This document shows positions 18,131 to 27,150 of a stretch of DNA of 64,000 nucleotides, piece by piece. Location of the stretch: IMG/VR virus record IMGVR_UViG_3300009537_002640, positions 1 through 64,000 of that record; one strand, written 5' to 3'. The position numbers and the translations under genes were made by a program. The notes under the pieces are model-generated. The model did not search any database, was not told the DNA's origin, and saw only the letters and a list, made by a program, of their open reading frames with translations. The stretch's first letter is position 1. The number at the start of each line of letters is the position of its first letter.

Positions 18131-19429
18131 TCAGAGTAATTCGGCGGCCTTCGTAGCCAACTCAGAGCGTTCTCCCTTCTTCAAACCTACATGAGCCGCG
18201 ATTGGCTCATCTTTGAACTTTTCAATAACATATGAGAGCCCATTATCTACCGCGTCGATAAAAGGATTATCTATCTGGTAGATGTCGCCTGTCAGGACGA
18301 CCTTAGAATCCTCTCCTACACGAGTGATAATAGTCTTTATTTCATGCCTTGTTAAATTCTGGCATTCATCTACTATGATAAAAGTCTTTGGAATAGAGCG
18401 CCCTCTGATATAGGTTAGCGCCTCGACCTGCAATCTACCGCCACGAGACTGTTCTAAGTCTAGATAGTCTGCGCCCTTTTCTGAAAATAGTAGGTCTAAG
18501 TTATCCTGCAAAGGCGCCATCCAGGGCTGCATTTTCTCTTCCTTTGTACCTGGCAGAAATCCCAAGTCTCTGCCCAAAGGCATAATTGGACGGGACATGA
18601 TTATCTTACGATAGGTATGGCTATCGTAGACCTGGCTAACACCAGCAGCTGCAGCCAGAAGTGTCTTACCACAACCAGCTTTACCTGTCAGAGTAACCAA
18701 TCTAATGTCAGGATTAAAGAGAGCATCGAATGCAAACGCCTGCTCTTTGTTACGAGGGTTTATTCCCCACACATTTGCTTTAGGCTCTATCTTGTGCAGC
18801 TGTCCACAAGAAAATCTAGCTAAGCCTGAGTGCTTAGGATTAACTTCTGAGCTTAATAGAACATACTGATTCTCATGGAATTGATGGACGAATCCACCAT
18901 CCATAAAGCCTAAATTATGAAACGTATCAATGTGAGATTCTGGAACCTGAACCTGAACACAACCGCTGTATATAGCTTCAGCTGTTTCTGCCACAGAGTC
19001 AGTATTGTAATCCTCAGCATCTACATTTAGGGCGTCACACTTCACCCGCATATTGATATCTTTGGTGATTAGTGCAACCACGCAGTCAGGGTGCGCTGAT
19101 TGCAATCCTAATGTAACGCTTATGATACGATTATCTGCCCGAGATGGGTCAAGGTGGGAAGGAACATTGTCCTTATGATTGATTTCAACACGAACCGTTC
19201 CACCTGCTGGTGTAGGCACACCTTCATGCAAATTACCCTGCTCACGCATTTCATCGAGTGAACGGATAACCATTCTTGCATGGCGTGCTACCTCATCTGG
19301 TCCGCTTTTCTTCTTGTCTAATTCATCTAAAACTACTAGGGGTATTACTACTTCATTATCATCAAATGCAAATAATGCTCTTGGGTCATGCAATAGGACA
19401 TTCGTGTCCAATACAAATATTTTGCTCAT
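18131..19429 (-). CDS. phoH: PIN domain-PhoH ATPase fusion (PhoH2/YlaK-like)
   Basis: N-terminal PIN (FVLDTNVLLHDP, VVLDELD, ADNRII, TKDINMR). C-terminal PhoH ATPase (GKAGCGKT, LGFLPG, YIRGRS, IIVDECQN, LTGDIYQID, RSELA). Confidence 0.93.
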   Translation of the reverse strand: MSKIFVLDTNVLLHDPRALFAFDDNEVVIPLVVLDELDKKKSGPDEVARHARMVIRSLDEMREQGNLHEGVPTPAGGTVRVEINHKDNVPSHLDPSRADNRIISVTLGLQSAHPDCVVALITKDINMRVKCDALNVDAEDYNTDSVAETAEAIYSGCVQVQVPESHIDTFHNLGFMDGGFVHQFHENQYVLLSSEVNPKHSGLARFSCGQLHKIEPKANVWGINPRNKEQAFAFDALFNPDIRLVTLTGKAGCGKTLLAAAAGVSQVYDSHTYRKIIMSRPIMPLGRDLGFLPGTKEEKMQPWMAPLQDNLDLLFSEKGADYLDLEQSRGGRLQVEALTYIRGRSIPKTFIIVDECQNLTRHEIKTIITRVGEDSKVVLTGDIYQIDNPFIDAVDNGLSYVIEKFKDEPIAAHVGLKKGERSELATKAAELL

Positions 19430-19467
19430 TAAAGGCGGTCTCCTTATTTGTGGGATTACTATTCATT

Positions 19468-19938
19468 TTAGCCTCTTGCTCTACCTCTGCGTTCACGTCT
19501 AATTTGTGTACGCTTCAGTATATCCCTAACCTTTTTATATTCCTTTAAAGTGAGCGGTGATGGTAACACTACAGTTTTGAATTTCTTGCTTAATCTCTTG
19601 TAAGTCTTTTTCAAGATATCACTTAGCGAGGTTATATCCTCGCCGCTCGTAATCTGTAGGCAGAGGGCTTTCTCTTCAAGCTCCTCTTTATTCACCGCAT
19701 CAACATCAATCTGATAAGGGGTAACTATGACACTGACATCCTCTAACTCATTCAGGACATCAGCTCGTCTAAAGCTTTCCCACGTCTCATCAACATCACT
19801 AATGGATGCTGGATGCTCATCGGTGCCTACTCTTACGACAGCTAACTTGCCATTAAGGTCTTTAGTAAAGTACGAACTCAAACTCACTGGTAAAAATTCG
19901 CCACTTTTAGTTTTTATGTAAAATTCACTCATCATCAA
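19468..19938 (-). CDS. Hypothetical protein, basic C-terminus
   Basis: 156 aa ORF packed co-directionally and overlapping its neighbour; no motif recognised. Confidence 0.7.
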   Translation of the reverse strand: MMMSEFYIKTKSGEFLPVSLSSYFTKDLNGKLAVVRVGTDEHPASISDVDETWESFRRADVLNELEDVSVIVTPYQIDVDAVNKEELEEKALCLQITSGEDITSLSDILKKTYKRLSKKFKTVVLPSPLTLKEYKKVRDILKRTQIRRERRGRARG

Positions 19939-20314
19939 GCCTCATGTTAAAACTAGACCATTTATTTAGATGTACTTCATAATATACATCTTTTCCCTCT
20001 ACCTTTCTAACAAAGGTGGGAGGCTTCCAGTGGGCAATAATATTCTCTTTAGATGGATTCAGCCAGTCAACCTCTTCTCCATCTGGCCCACGATGCATTG
20101 TTTTCTTGTATATCAGTACTTCGCCGGTAGTCTTGTATTCTACCTCTATACCGAGCTGATTCATGAGGTACAGATATTCATCTATATCTTCCGCTGATGC
20201 TACAGTATCTTCAGACACACCAAGGCTCAAAAGAACCTCCTGAACCCAGAAGTTCTTTTCCTCTTCAACCACCTTGTTTGCATCGGAAATATTGCATAGA
20301 ATCACATCAGCCAT
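19925..20314 (-). CDS. Hypothetical protein, probably from a leaderless transcript
   Basis: The track starts at 20329, but ATG 20314 (MADVILC) lies 6 nt after a TATAAT box and has no SD. Confidence 0.7.
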   Translation of the reverse strand: MADVILCNISDANKVVEEEKNFWVQEVLLSLGVSEDTVASAEDIDEYLYLMNQLGIEVEYKTTGEVLIYKKTMHRGPDGEEVDWLNPSKENIIAHWKPPTFVRKVEGKDVYYEVHLNKWSSFNMRLDDE

Positions 20315-20349
20315 ATGTATATTATACACTCTTTAGAAGAAACTTTCAA
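20313..20349 (-). promoter_or_regulatory. sigma70-type promoter (TTGAAA-17 nt-TATAAT) overlapped by palindrome TGTATA-N-TATACA
   Basis: -35 at 20344-20349, -10 at 20321-20326, 17-nt spacer. The 17-mer GTGTATAATATACATAT is identical to the one at 30744-30760. Confidence 0.8.
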
Positions 20350-20587
20350 TGGAGGCAAGCTTGGTTGGCTCAATTTTAAATGAGCCGGTTAAAGCCTTGT
20401 AACAATCATCACACAGGTGAAACTCCTCCCTGTCACCATCTTTAACAGAGCCGTAACCAAAATCAGATTCCAGACGTGTGCCTTCGTAAAATCCATGGGA
20501 ATCTATAATTGTAGACTTCTCACACTTGTTACAGAGTATATCCTTAACACACTCTTTTTCTACCATTTTGGTTTCTCTAATGAACAT
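20333..20587 (-). CDS. Small hypothetical protein with two CxxC motifs (putative Zn-binding)
   Basis: CNKC and CDDC motifs. Confidence 0.7.
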   Translation of the reverse strand: MFIRETKMVEKECVKDILCNKCEKSTIIDSHGFYEGTRLESDFGYGSVKDGDREEFHLCDDCYKALTGSFKIEPTKLASIESFF

Positions 20588-21066
20588 TAAACACCTGTGC
20601 TTCCAAACCCAGCTGCTCCTCTTTCTGATGGCACTGAAAGTTCATCAACCTCAACTACCTCGATTTCGGGCAACTTGTTTACTACTAATTGGGCAATGCG
20701 ACCGCCTACACTTAGTTCAAAGGTCACGTGTCCCATATTGATTAGGATTACTCCTACTTCGTTTCTATAGCCTGCGTCGATTGTTCCAGGGCTATTCACA
20801 ACACTAATTCCATTCTTTAGCGCCAATCCACTCCTGGGTCTAACTTGAGCCTCATAACCAGGAGGTATAGCCATTCCAAAGCCTGCTTTCACCAATACTC
20901 TATTGCCTGGCTCCAATCTAAAGTTGGTGACATCTAGAGGTCTCAAAACGCCCCTGATGACTTCATGGAACGAATGGGCATACAAATCAAACCCAGCGTC
21001 CGTTTCATGTGCCTTTGTAGGCAGTATGGAATCTTCGTATAACTTCTTAAATTCTACTCTTGCCAT
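20587..21066 (-). CDS. dut: Trimeric dUTPase
   Basis: AGFDL, QVRPRSGLA, GTIDAGYR, RIAQLV, RGAAGFGSTG motifs. Confidence 0.97.
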   Translation of the reverse strand: MARVEFKKLYEDSILPTKAHETDAGFDLYAHSFHEVIRGVLRPLDVTNFRLEPGNRVLVKAGFGMAIPPGYEAQVRPRSGLALKNGISVVNSPGTIDAGYRNEVGVILINMGHVTFELSVGGRIAQLVVNKLPEIEVVEVDELSVPSERGAAGFGSTGV

Positions 21067-21068
21067 TT

Positions 21069-21254
21069 TTAGGACCCTTTCTTAAAATGCTCTAGAAGCT
21101 TTTCAGCCAATTTATCAGGCTCGTCTTCATTATCTTTCAGAATCTCTACCATCTCATACATATGGTCTTTTACTTTCTTCTGAAACTCTGGCCCCTTATC
21201 GGCAGAAGCCTCAACTAATCTATCAATTGCCTCTTCAAGCTCTTTAGTATCCAT
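21069..21254 (-). CDS. Small helical hypothetical protein
   Basis: 61 aa with a TAGGAG SD; fills the gap between nrdJ and dut. Confidence 0.7.
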   Translation of the reverse strand: MDTKELEEAIDRLVEASADKGPEFQKKVKDHMYEMVEILKDNEDEPDKLAEKLLEHFKKGS

Positions 21255-21263
21255 TTATATCTC

Positions 21264-23681
21264 CTAACTGCACTTAGACCATCCACAGTCTTGACAAGTT
21301 ACGCAGCCTTCTTGATATATCATCGCCTCTGATTCACAAGAAGGGCATGTTTTATCGGATGTAACTCTTGTCCCATCCTCTATGTATTTCTTTAGAACTC
21401 GCGCCAATACTTTTGAGAAGCTGGTTAAATCACTATCAGGGTCTTTCTGCAGTTGCTCAACCAAGAATGATGGCTTTGCCCCATGTCTCAATGCAAGTGA
21501 TACCATCCTAGTATGTGTTTGGTATAGCACGTTGTCAAATACCTTTGTCACATTACGTATAGCTCCGTCTTCTCCAAAAGATAAATCGTATTTACTTTGT
21601 TTCTTAGTACTGGATGCTTTGGTAAGAACACCATCAGAAAACTTACGCGGTATCTCAACCATTTCAGATAGCCCGCCGAATACCTCATATGGTCTTCCGT
21701 TCATAAGTCCAACCAGAATAGTCCACTTCTCGCCCTTAACAGTTGCTTGGTGAATATGGCAAGGTAAGTCTTTGGGACGCTTTACTGCATCTCTGTAATC
21801 AAACTTATCTTTGCTACTCTCAGTAACCAGCACCCCACTACGAGAACCGTCTACGTAAACAGTAACGCCCTTCAGCCCCTCTTTCCAGCCTGCCATGTAA
21901 AGCTCACCAACAACTTCTGGCGGTGTACCACTGGGAAGATTAATGGTGCTTGAGATAGCGTGGTCTATGTGCCTTTGAATAGTGCCTTGAATCTGTACTC
22001 GACGCAACCAATCTATTTGGTCACTCTCCACAAAGAACTCAGGCAACTCAGCATCAGGCTTCAGCCCCTTAATATCAAGCCACTGTTTTACGTTATGATG
22101 GAAAACCTTAAACTCTTCCCACCTATCGCCCATATCATCCACAAAGTCATCAGGGGAGCCAGCATCGTTATGTGAACGCTTCTTGCGTCGAATATGCGCA
22201 TTCCTAAATACAGGCTCTAATCCAGAGCTAGTTTGAGATACTAGTGATACACTTCCTGTTGGGGCGTTGGTAAGATTAGCTATATTGCGCCTGCCGTTTT
22301 CTTTAACCAACTTAAGTACATCTACTGGTAAGTTCTTAATAAACTCATTATCCTTTTCTTTGTTCCAGTCCCATACAGGAAACGTGCCTCGTTCTCCTGC
22401 TAACCTGGCACTTTCAGAATATGATACCACCTTGAGAGTTTCGTAAATCCTATCTACTACCTCAAGAGCTGCATCCGAATCATACCTTAGTTGCAAACAT
22501 GCTAAAACATCAGCCAGACCATGAGTACCCAATCCGGTTCTACGGCCATCTTGTGCAGCCTTTAGAAGCTTAGTCCACATTGCTTTTTCATCAGGGGTGT
22601 CAGATATATTTAGGATATTCTCTAGCTTCTCAATCTCTAACTCAACCAGGTCATCTGATAATCTTTGTGCCATTGATACTGTATTCTCGAATTCTTCAAA
22701 ATCAAAGAACGCCTCATCTGTGAATTCGCCATGTACAAAGTTCTTTAGGTTGATAGAAATCAACCTACATGAGTCGTAAGCTGATAGAGGAATCTCAGAG
22801 CATGGGTTGGTAGAGATAGTCTTAAAGCCCACATCAGCATAAGCTTCGGCTGGCATATACTTCAAAATGTTATCCCACATTAACAAACCTGGCTCTGCAT
22901 AATTAGTTGCAGACTCCACTATTGTCTTCCAAAGTTCCTTGGCGTGAACCTTACGAGTTATCACTGGGTCATCGGAATCAATAGGGAAGCGCAGAGTGAA
23001 CATCTCGTCCTTTTCTACCGCTTCCATAAACTCATCCACCAGCCTGACTGAAACATTAGCTCCAGTGACTTTGGTAAGGTCGTTCTTCATTGTAACAAAT
23101 TTGAAAATATCGGGGTGCCGTACATCCATACTAATCATAAGAGCACCACGACGACCGTGTTGCCCAATCATACGACATGTATAGGAATACAAATCAGCAA
23201 AAGACCAAGCTCCAGTTGTGGTGCCAGCAGAATTATTCACTAGCGAGCCTTCGGGACGCAAAGTGGATATATCTAACCCGACACCACAACGGCGCTTGAA
23301 TAGATTAGCCAGCTCTTTACTGGCATCAACAATAGAAGATATTGTATCTTTTGGAGATTCCACTACGACACAATTTGACAAGGATACATTGACATAGTTG
23401 TTGCCAATACCCATCATAGGAGAGCCCTGAGGAACAATGTGTTTAAAATGTGCAAGCTGTGCGTAAATCTGTTCTTCAGACAACGCACGGTTTCCCCCAA
23501 ATTTCTTCTCCATCCTGGCAAACTCTTTAGCTAAACGCCGATGCATATCATCTGGCGTCTTCTCCATAAGATTGCCCTCTTTATCTTTAAGAGCATACTT
23601 GCTCATCCAAACATTAGCGGCTAATTGGTCGCCGCCGAAATATTCAAGTGTACTTTCTAATACCTCATTCTTGTCGTGCAT
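21264..23681 (-). CDS. nrdJ: Class II (adenosylcobalamin-dependent) ribonucleotide reductase
   Basis: SLSNC, RRGALM, TNPCSEIPL, APTGS.S, DHAISSTINLP, KGVTVYVDGSR. C-terminal TSCPD-like domain and Zn ribbon (CPSC...EGCVTCQDCGWSKCS). No small subunit is present. Confidence 0.93.
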   Translation of the reverse strand: MHDKNEVLESTLEYFGGDQLAANVWMSKYALKDKEGNLMEKTPDDMHRRLAKEFARMEKKFGGNRALSEEQIYAQLAHFKHIVPQGSPMMGIGNNYVNVSLSNCVVVESPKDTISSIVDASKELANLFKRRCGVGLDISTLRPEGSLVNNSAGTTTGAWSFADLYSYTCRMIGQHGRRGALMISMDVRHPDIFKFVTMKNDLTKVTGANVSVRLVDEFMEAVEKDEMFTLRFPIDSDDPVITRKVHAKELWKTIVESATNYAEPGLLMWDNILKYMPAEAYADVGFKTISTNPCSEIPLSAYDSCRLISINLKNFVHGEFTDEAFFDFEEFENTVSMAQRLSDDLVELEIEKLENILNISDTPDEKAMWTKLLKAAQDGRRTGLGTHGLADVLACLQLRYDSDAALEVVDRIYETLKVVSYSESARLAGERGTFPVWDWNKEKDNEFIKNLPVDVLKLVKENGRRNIANLTNAPTGSVSLVSQTSSGLEPVFRNAHIRRKKRSHNDAGSPDDFVDDMGDRWEEFKVFHHNVKQWLDIKGLKPDAELPEFFVESDQIDWLRRVQIQGTIQRHIDHAISSTINLPSGTPPEVVGELYMAGWKEGLKGVTVYVDGSRSGVLVTESSKDKFDYRDAVKRPKDLPCHIHQATVKGEKWTILVGLMNGRPYEVFGGLSEMVEIPRKFSDGVLTKASSTKKQSKYDLSFGEDGAIRNVTKVFDNVLYQTHTRMVSLALRHGAKPSFLVEQLQKDPDSDLTSFSKVLARVLKKYIEDGTRVTSDKTCPSCESEAMIYQEGCVTCQDCGWSKCS

Positions 23682-23719
23682 TGTCCTTATTTCTCCTGGT
23701 AGTATATTTTAGATACACT

Positions 23720-23760
23720 AATCCCTACAAGGGGGATACAACCTTAAACTTGTAGGGATT
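23720..23760. other. Intergenic hairpin between the sigma factor gene and nrdJ
   Basis: 12-bp perfect inverted repeat aatccctacaag / cttgtagggatt with a 17-nt loop; no U-tract. Confidence 0.65.
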
Positions 23761-23765
23761 GAGAA

Positions 23766-24416
23766 TTATCCGCTAAGTTCGCCAAGTAGTTGACTCTTGC
23801 GCAACTTAGAGATTGCCTTATTCTTGATTTGTCGGATACGCTCGTGGGTAAGATTGAACATAGGCCCTATCTCACGCAAAGTTTGTGGCTGACGGCCATC
23901 CAAACCGAAGATAAGCCTTACAATCTCACGGTCACGTTCTGGAAGCTCGCCAAGCACTTCTGCTATACGCTCATCACGTTCCTTGACAAAGAATTGCTCT
24001 TCGGGAGTTTCCTCCACCTGCTCTTCTTCCTTGCCAATTTCAGAAGGCTCTGCGTACACAACGCGAGTCTTGTCGGGATTGTACACGACATCGAAACGAC
24101 TTGCTGCACGCTTTACACTATGGCGAATCCATTGCTCCGAAAAGACGAAGAAGTTTGGGAAACGGTTATGGTCAAAGCGACGTACTGCCTTCACAAGACC
24201 AATAAACCCTTCCTGGACCAAATCTTCATAATTAGGGAAACTTCTATATGGTTTAGTTACACTATATACCAAAAAAGAAAGTTCGGTAACTATTCTGTTC
24301 TGGACCTTTTCTACCTGCTTCTCCAATTGATCACTTGACAGAGTGCCATCGGCCTTCAAATCATCAATACTACGAAACAGGTTCATTGCCTCTTCGTTGC
24401 TCATGTAACGACTCAT
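23766..24416 (-). CDS. Compact sigma70-family RNA polymerase sigma factor (regions 2 and 4)
   Basis: Region 2 YEDLVQEGFIGLVKAVRRFD...WIR. RpoD-like region 4 TLREIGPMFNLTHERIRQIKNKAISKLR. 216 aa, region 3 largely absent. Confidence 0.93.
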   Translation of the reverse strand: MSRYMSNEEAMNLFRSIDDLKADGTLSSDQLEKQVEKVQNRIVTELSFLVYSVTKPYRSFPNYEDLVQEGFIGLVKAVRRFDHNRFPNFFVFSEQWIRHSVKRAASRFDVVYNPDKTRVVYAEPSEIGKEEEQVEETPEEQFFVKERDERIAEVLGELPERDREIVRLIFGLDGRQPQTLREIGPMFNLTHERIRQIKNKAISKLRKSQLLGELSG

Positions 24417-24419
24417 AAC

Positions 24420-24977
24420 TTACTCCTCTTCGCTTACATCTTCAACTCTAAATACTTCTTTTAATTTTCCATCTTTCCAAACACGCACTGTGTTGGTCTC
24501 CTCACTAAGAGTTAATACACCAATTACATCGTCGCGTAAAGAAAAACTTGCTGCGGCTTTATGACGTGTGCCACAATCTTCAGGTGTATCTAACATTGGG
24601 TTTGCAACAACTAGATACACCCCCGCCCCTACAATCTGCCCAGACCTATCGACAACAACAGCGCCGTCATGGGGTGGGCGTGAGTACTCTATGACACACT
24701 GCTTTCCTGCCTCTGTGTCTATCATTCTAAGAGCCTCAATCGGATTCTGCTTAGGCTTCATTTGAACCATGCCATCTACTCTAGGTTCTTTTTCAAAATC
24801 TCCTAAGACAACAAGAGCACCCAGCGGATCTTCTATACCAGATGCAACAGCTTTGGCTAAGTCTTTCAGAATTTCAAAGATAGTTCGTTCAAACTTCTCA
24901 TTATTCTTGGCAAAGCTAAATTGCATACTAAAGTCCACATAAGGTGCCTCACTTTGCTTACTCTTTTCTTCTGTCAT
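24420..24977 (-). CDS. Stand-alone diadenylate cyclase (DisA_N/DAC domain, DacZ-like)
   Basis: GALVVLGD, NP, catalytic HDGAVVV, GAGVYL, GTRHKAAA (RHR-like motif), LSEE...VRVWKDG. Confidence 0.85.
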   Translation of the reverse strand: MTEEKSKQSEAPYVDFSMQFSFAKNNEKFERTIFEILKDLAKAVASGIEDPLGALVVLGDFEKEPRVDGMVQMKPKQNPIEALRMIDTEAGKQCVIEYSRPPHDGAVVVDRSGQIVGAGVYLVVANPMLDTPEDCGTRHKAAASFSLRDDVIGVLTLSEETNTVRVWKDGKLKEVFRVEDVSEEE

Positions 24978-24978
24978 T

Positions 24979-25482
24979 TCATTTTCTTTCTGTATCCTCT
25001 TTGGTAACTATTTTCATAGTAAAACCATCTATTACCATACGGTTGTTATCAAAGGAATACTCAATCGTGTCGTATGTGTGTCCTTGTTTTCTTCCATCCC
25101 AAAATACCATGGTGAAATTAGAGTTTTCAACAATGTGCTCATTTACGGTATTATCAAAGAATCCTCTTCCGTCGTCTGTTGTGGGCTTAATAATGCTTAG
25201 TGCATCAGCATATTGGTAAACCCTATTTAAGTCCTCTTTCTGTTCTTCGTACCAGTGCTGTCCCAAAACCTCTGGCAGATAGGGGAGAAATAAATGATAT
25301 TGTTTCTTGGTCTTCAGGCAATGCTTAGCCGCCCAGAGACCGACCCCGATGTTCACAGATATGTTATACACCAACTCATCGCCATATTGAAAGCTCAAAG
25401 TGTCAAGAGTTTCCTGGACACGCTTATCCTCCGCCTGACTAAATACATCAGGCGTATGTCCAACTACACCAACCTTGTACAT
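24979..25482 (-). CDS. SLOG-superfamily protein (YspA/DUF1273-like)
   Basis: VGVVGH start, GVGLWAA, LFLPY, YADA, NEHIVENS..MVFWDG...GHT..TIEY pattern typical of YspA-type SLOG. Confidence 0.65.
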   Translation of the reverse strand: MYKVGVVGHTPDVFSQAEDKRVQETLDTLSFQYGDELVYNISVNIGVGLWAAKHCLKTKKQYHLFLPYLPEVLGQHWYEEQKEDLNRVYQYADALSIIKPTTDDGRGFFDNTVNEHIVENSNFTMVFWDGRKQGHTYDTIEYSFDNNRMVIDGFTMKIVTKEDTERK

Positions 25483-25491
25483 ATATACCCT

Positions 25492-25680
25492 CTACTTGTT
25501 ATTTTCTTCTAGTTCTTCGAGCATCGATTGTAACGCCAGCTGTATAATCTCCACATTCTGCGTACTCATTATAGATTGTAATCGCAGTTGGAGTGTCTTG
25601 GCGTCTATTTCGACTCTCTGTTTACCATTAGAGGTTTTGGTCGTTTTCCAAAGACCCATCCTATTCATTGTTATCCTCAC
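25492..25680 (-). CDS. Small hypothetical protein
   Basis: Fills the gap between spoVR and SLOG; likely start ATG downstream of GGTGAGG. Confidence 0.55.
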   Translation of the reverse strand: MRITMNRMGLWKTTKTSNGKQRVEIDAKTLQLRLQSIMSTQNVEIIQLALQSMLEELEENNK

Positions 25681-27150
25681 CTATAAGATGTCAAATCCCG
25701 CTTCATCAAATACAAATGCTACCGGGTCTGCATCATCACCATAAGTTTTAAGTTCGACTGGTCCTCCCCATAGTTCATATATATATCCCATGGTTTTCTC
25801 AGTATACTTCTCATCTAAAGGGCCAAAGTCGTCTGAATGTTGGAGCATTAATATATCTCCATCTACCTGATTTACTGTCACAAGAGGTGCTCCATAATTA
25901 ATGGTGGGGCGAATTATATTTTCGATAATCTTATCTAACTCTCTATCTTTCAATTCAATAATACCGTACTCTTCGGGCAAATCATCTTCGTCCATACCTG
26001 GTTCTCGTTCATGTCTATATCCATAGTTGAACAAGCCCAGACTTGTAGCTAACTCAGGTGTTAGATAGTTACGTAAGAACGATGCGTCATCTTCTTCAGC
26101 CGCGACCTCTATTACCTTTTGTATGCCAGTGATATCTGATTCACCATCTTTGTACTTCTTATCCCACCTCTCTCGAATATCAGTAAACACTTTGAACCCT
26201 AAATAGTAAGGATTGATTCGGAAAGGGTGTCCTGGACTTACCACTGAAGCGTGGCACTTACAAAACTCTAAATGTTCCTCCTCACTTGTTTCATGATACT
26301 TAAACATTAGCTCCGCATGCCAAAAGGAAGCAAAGCCTTCATTCATAATCTTGGTCATAACAATGGGATAGAAGTAGTACGACTCTTCTCGTATAATACC
26401 AAGTATATCCTTCTCCCATTCTTCTAACGGAGCATAATTAGTAAGAAACCAAAGCAGGTCTCGCTCAGGATGCGGAGGTAGCTTTTCACCTTCCACCCGA
26501 TATCTTATGCTTCTCTTATTATTGTTGATATTTAGTAGATCGTCGAACTCATCCCTATGTACTTTTTCTTCTATTATGTGCTTATCAGGATAGCGTTTTC
26601 TATATACGCCTTTATGCCAATCTATGTGATTATCTAAAGCAAAACCTATATCCATTAGGTGTTCTACTTTCTCTAACCCATATTGCTCTACATAATCATC
26701 AACTCTAGCTGCTCTTTCTGCAGCTCTATAAATCATATTTCGGTCTGAACCCTTAAACATATGATTGTGCTTAAAAAAATGCACATGCCCAAAGACATGT
26801 GCTGCGACCATGATGTTAATTACATCCAAATTTGTATTCAAAAGGAAAGCATAAGATGGGTCATTATTGAATACAATCTCATACACTTTTGATAGCCCCA
26901 TCTCACCATATATCTTTTGGTGGTCATAGGAGCGACCGTATGACCAGTGGCGCGCTCTAACTGGTAAGCCATATGAACAAGCCTCCAGCATGATGTCTCT
27001 ATTAACATATTCAAAGATAGTAGGGAAGAAATCTAATCCCTCTTTACGGGCTAGCTCTTCCATGTCTTTGATTGCTTTAAATACGTATTCTTGGCCCATA
27101 ATAAATATCCTTACACAAGCATTGTGCCTGCCATAGTTACTGTTTTCCAA
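25681..27150 (-). CDS. spoVR: SpoVR/YcgB family protein
   Basis: YGLPVRARHWSYG, YEIVFNNDPSYAFLL, AHVFGHVHFFKHN, TKIMNEGFASFWH, INPYYLG, FLRNYLT, LWGGPVELKT. Confidence 0.95.
   Translation of the reverse strand: MENSNYGRHNACVRIFIMGQEYVFKAIKDMEELARKEGLDFFPTIFEYVNRDIMLEACSYGLPVRARHWSYGRSYDHQKIYGEMGLSKVYEIVFNNDPSYAFLLNTNLDVINIMVAAHVFGHVHFFKHNHMFKGSDRNMIYRAAERAARVDDYVEQYGLEKVEHLMDIGFALDNHIDWHKGVYRKRYPDKHIIEEKVHRDEFDDLLNINNNKRSIRYRVEGEKLPPHPERDLLWFLTNYAPLEEWEKDILGIIREESYYFYPIVMTKIMNEGFASFWHAELMFKYHETSEEEHLEFCKCHASVVSPGHPFRINPYYLGFKVFTDIRERWDKKYKDGESDITGIQKVIEVAAEEDDASFLRNYLTPELATSLGLFNYGYRHEREPGMDEDDLPEEYGIIELKDRELDKIIENIIRPTINYGAPLVTVNQVDGDILMLQHSDDFGPLDEKYTEKTMGYIYELWGGPVELKTYGDDADPVAFVFDEAGFDIL

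Noticed and set aside
23695-23720. NrdR box or cobalamin riboswitch upstream of nrdJ
   Set aside because: The best match to the NrdR consensus lacks the conserved C and G, and the ~85 nt intergenic region is too short for a B12 riboswitch.
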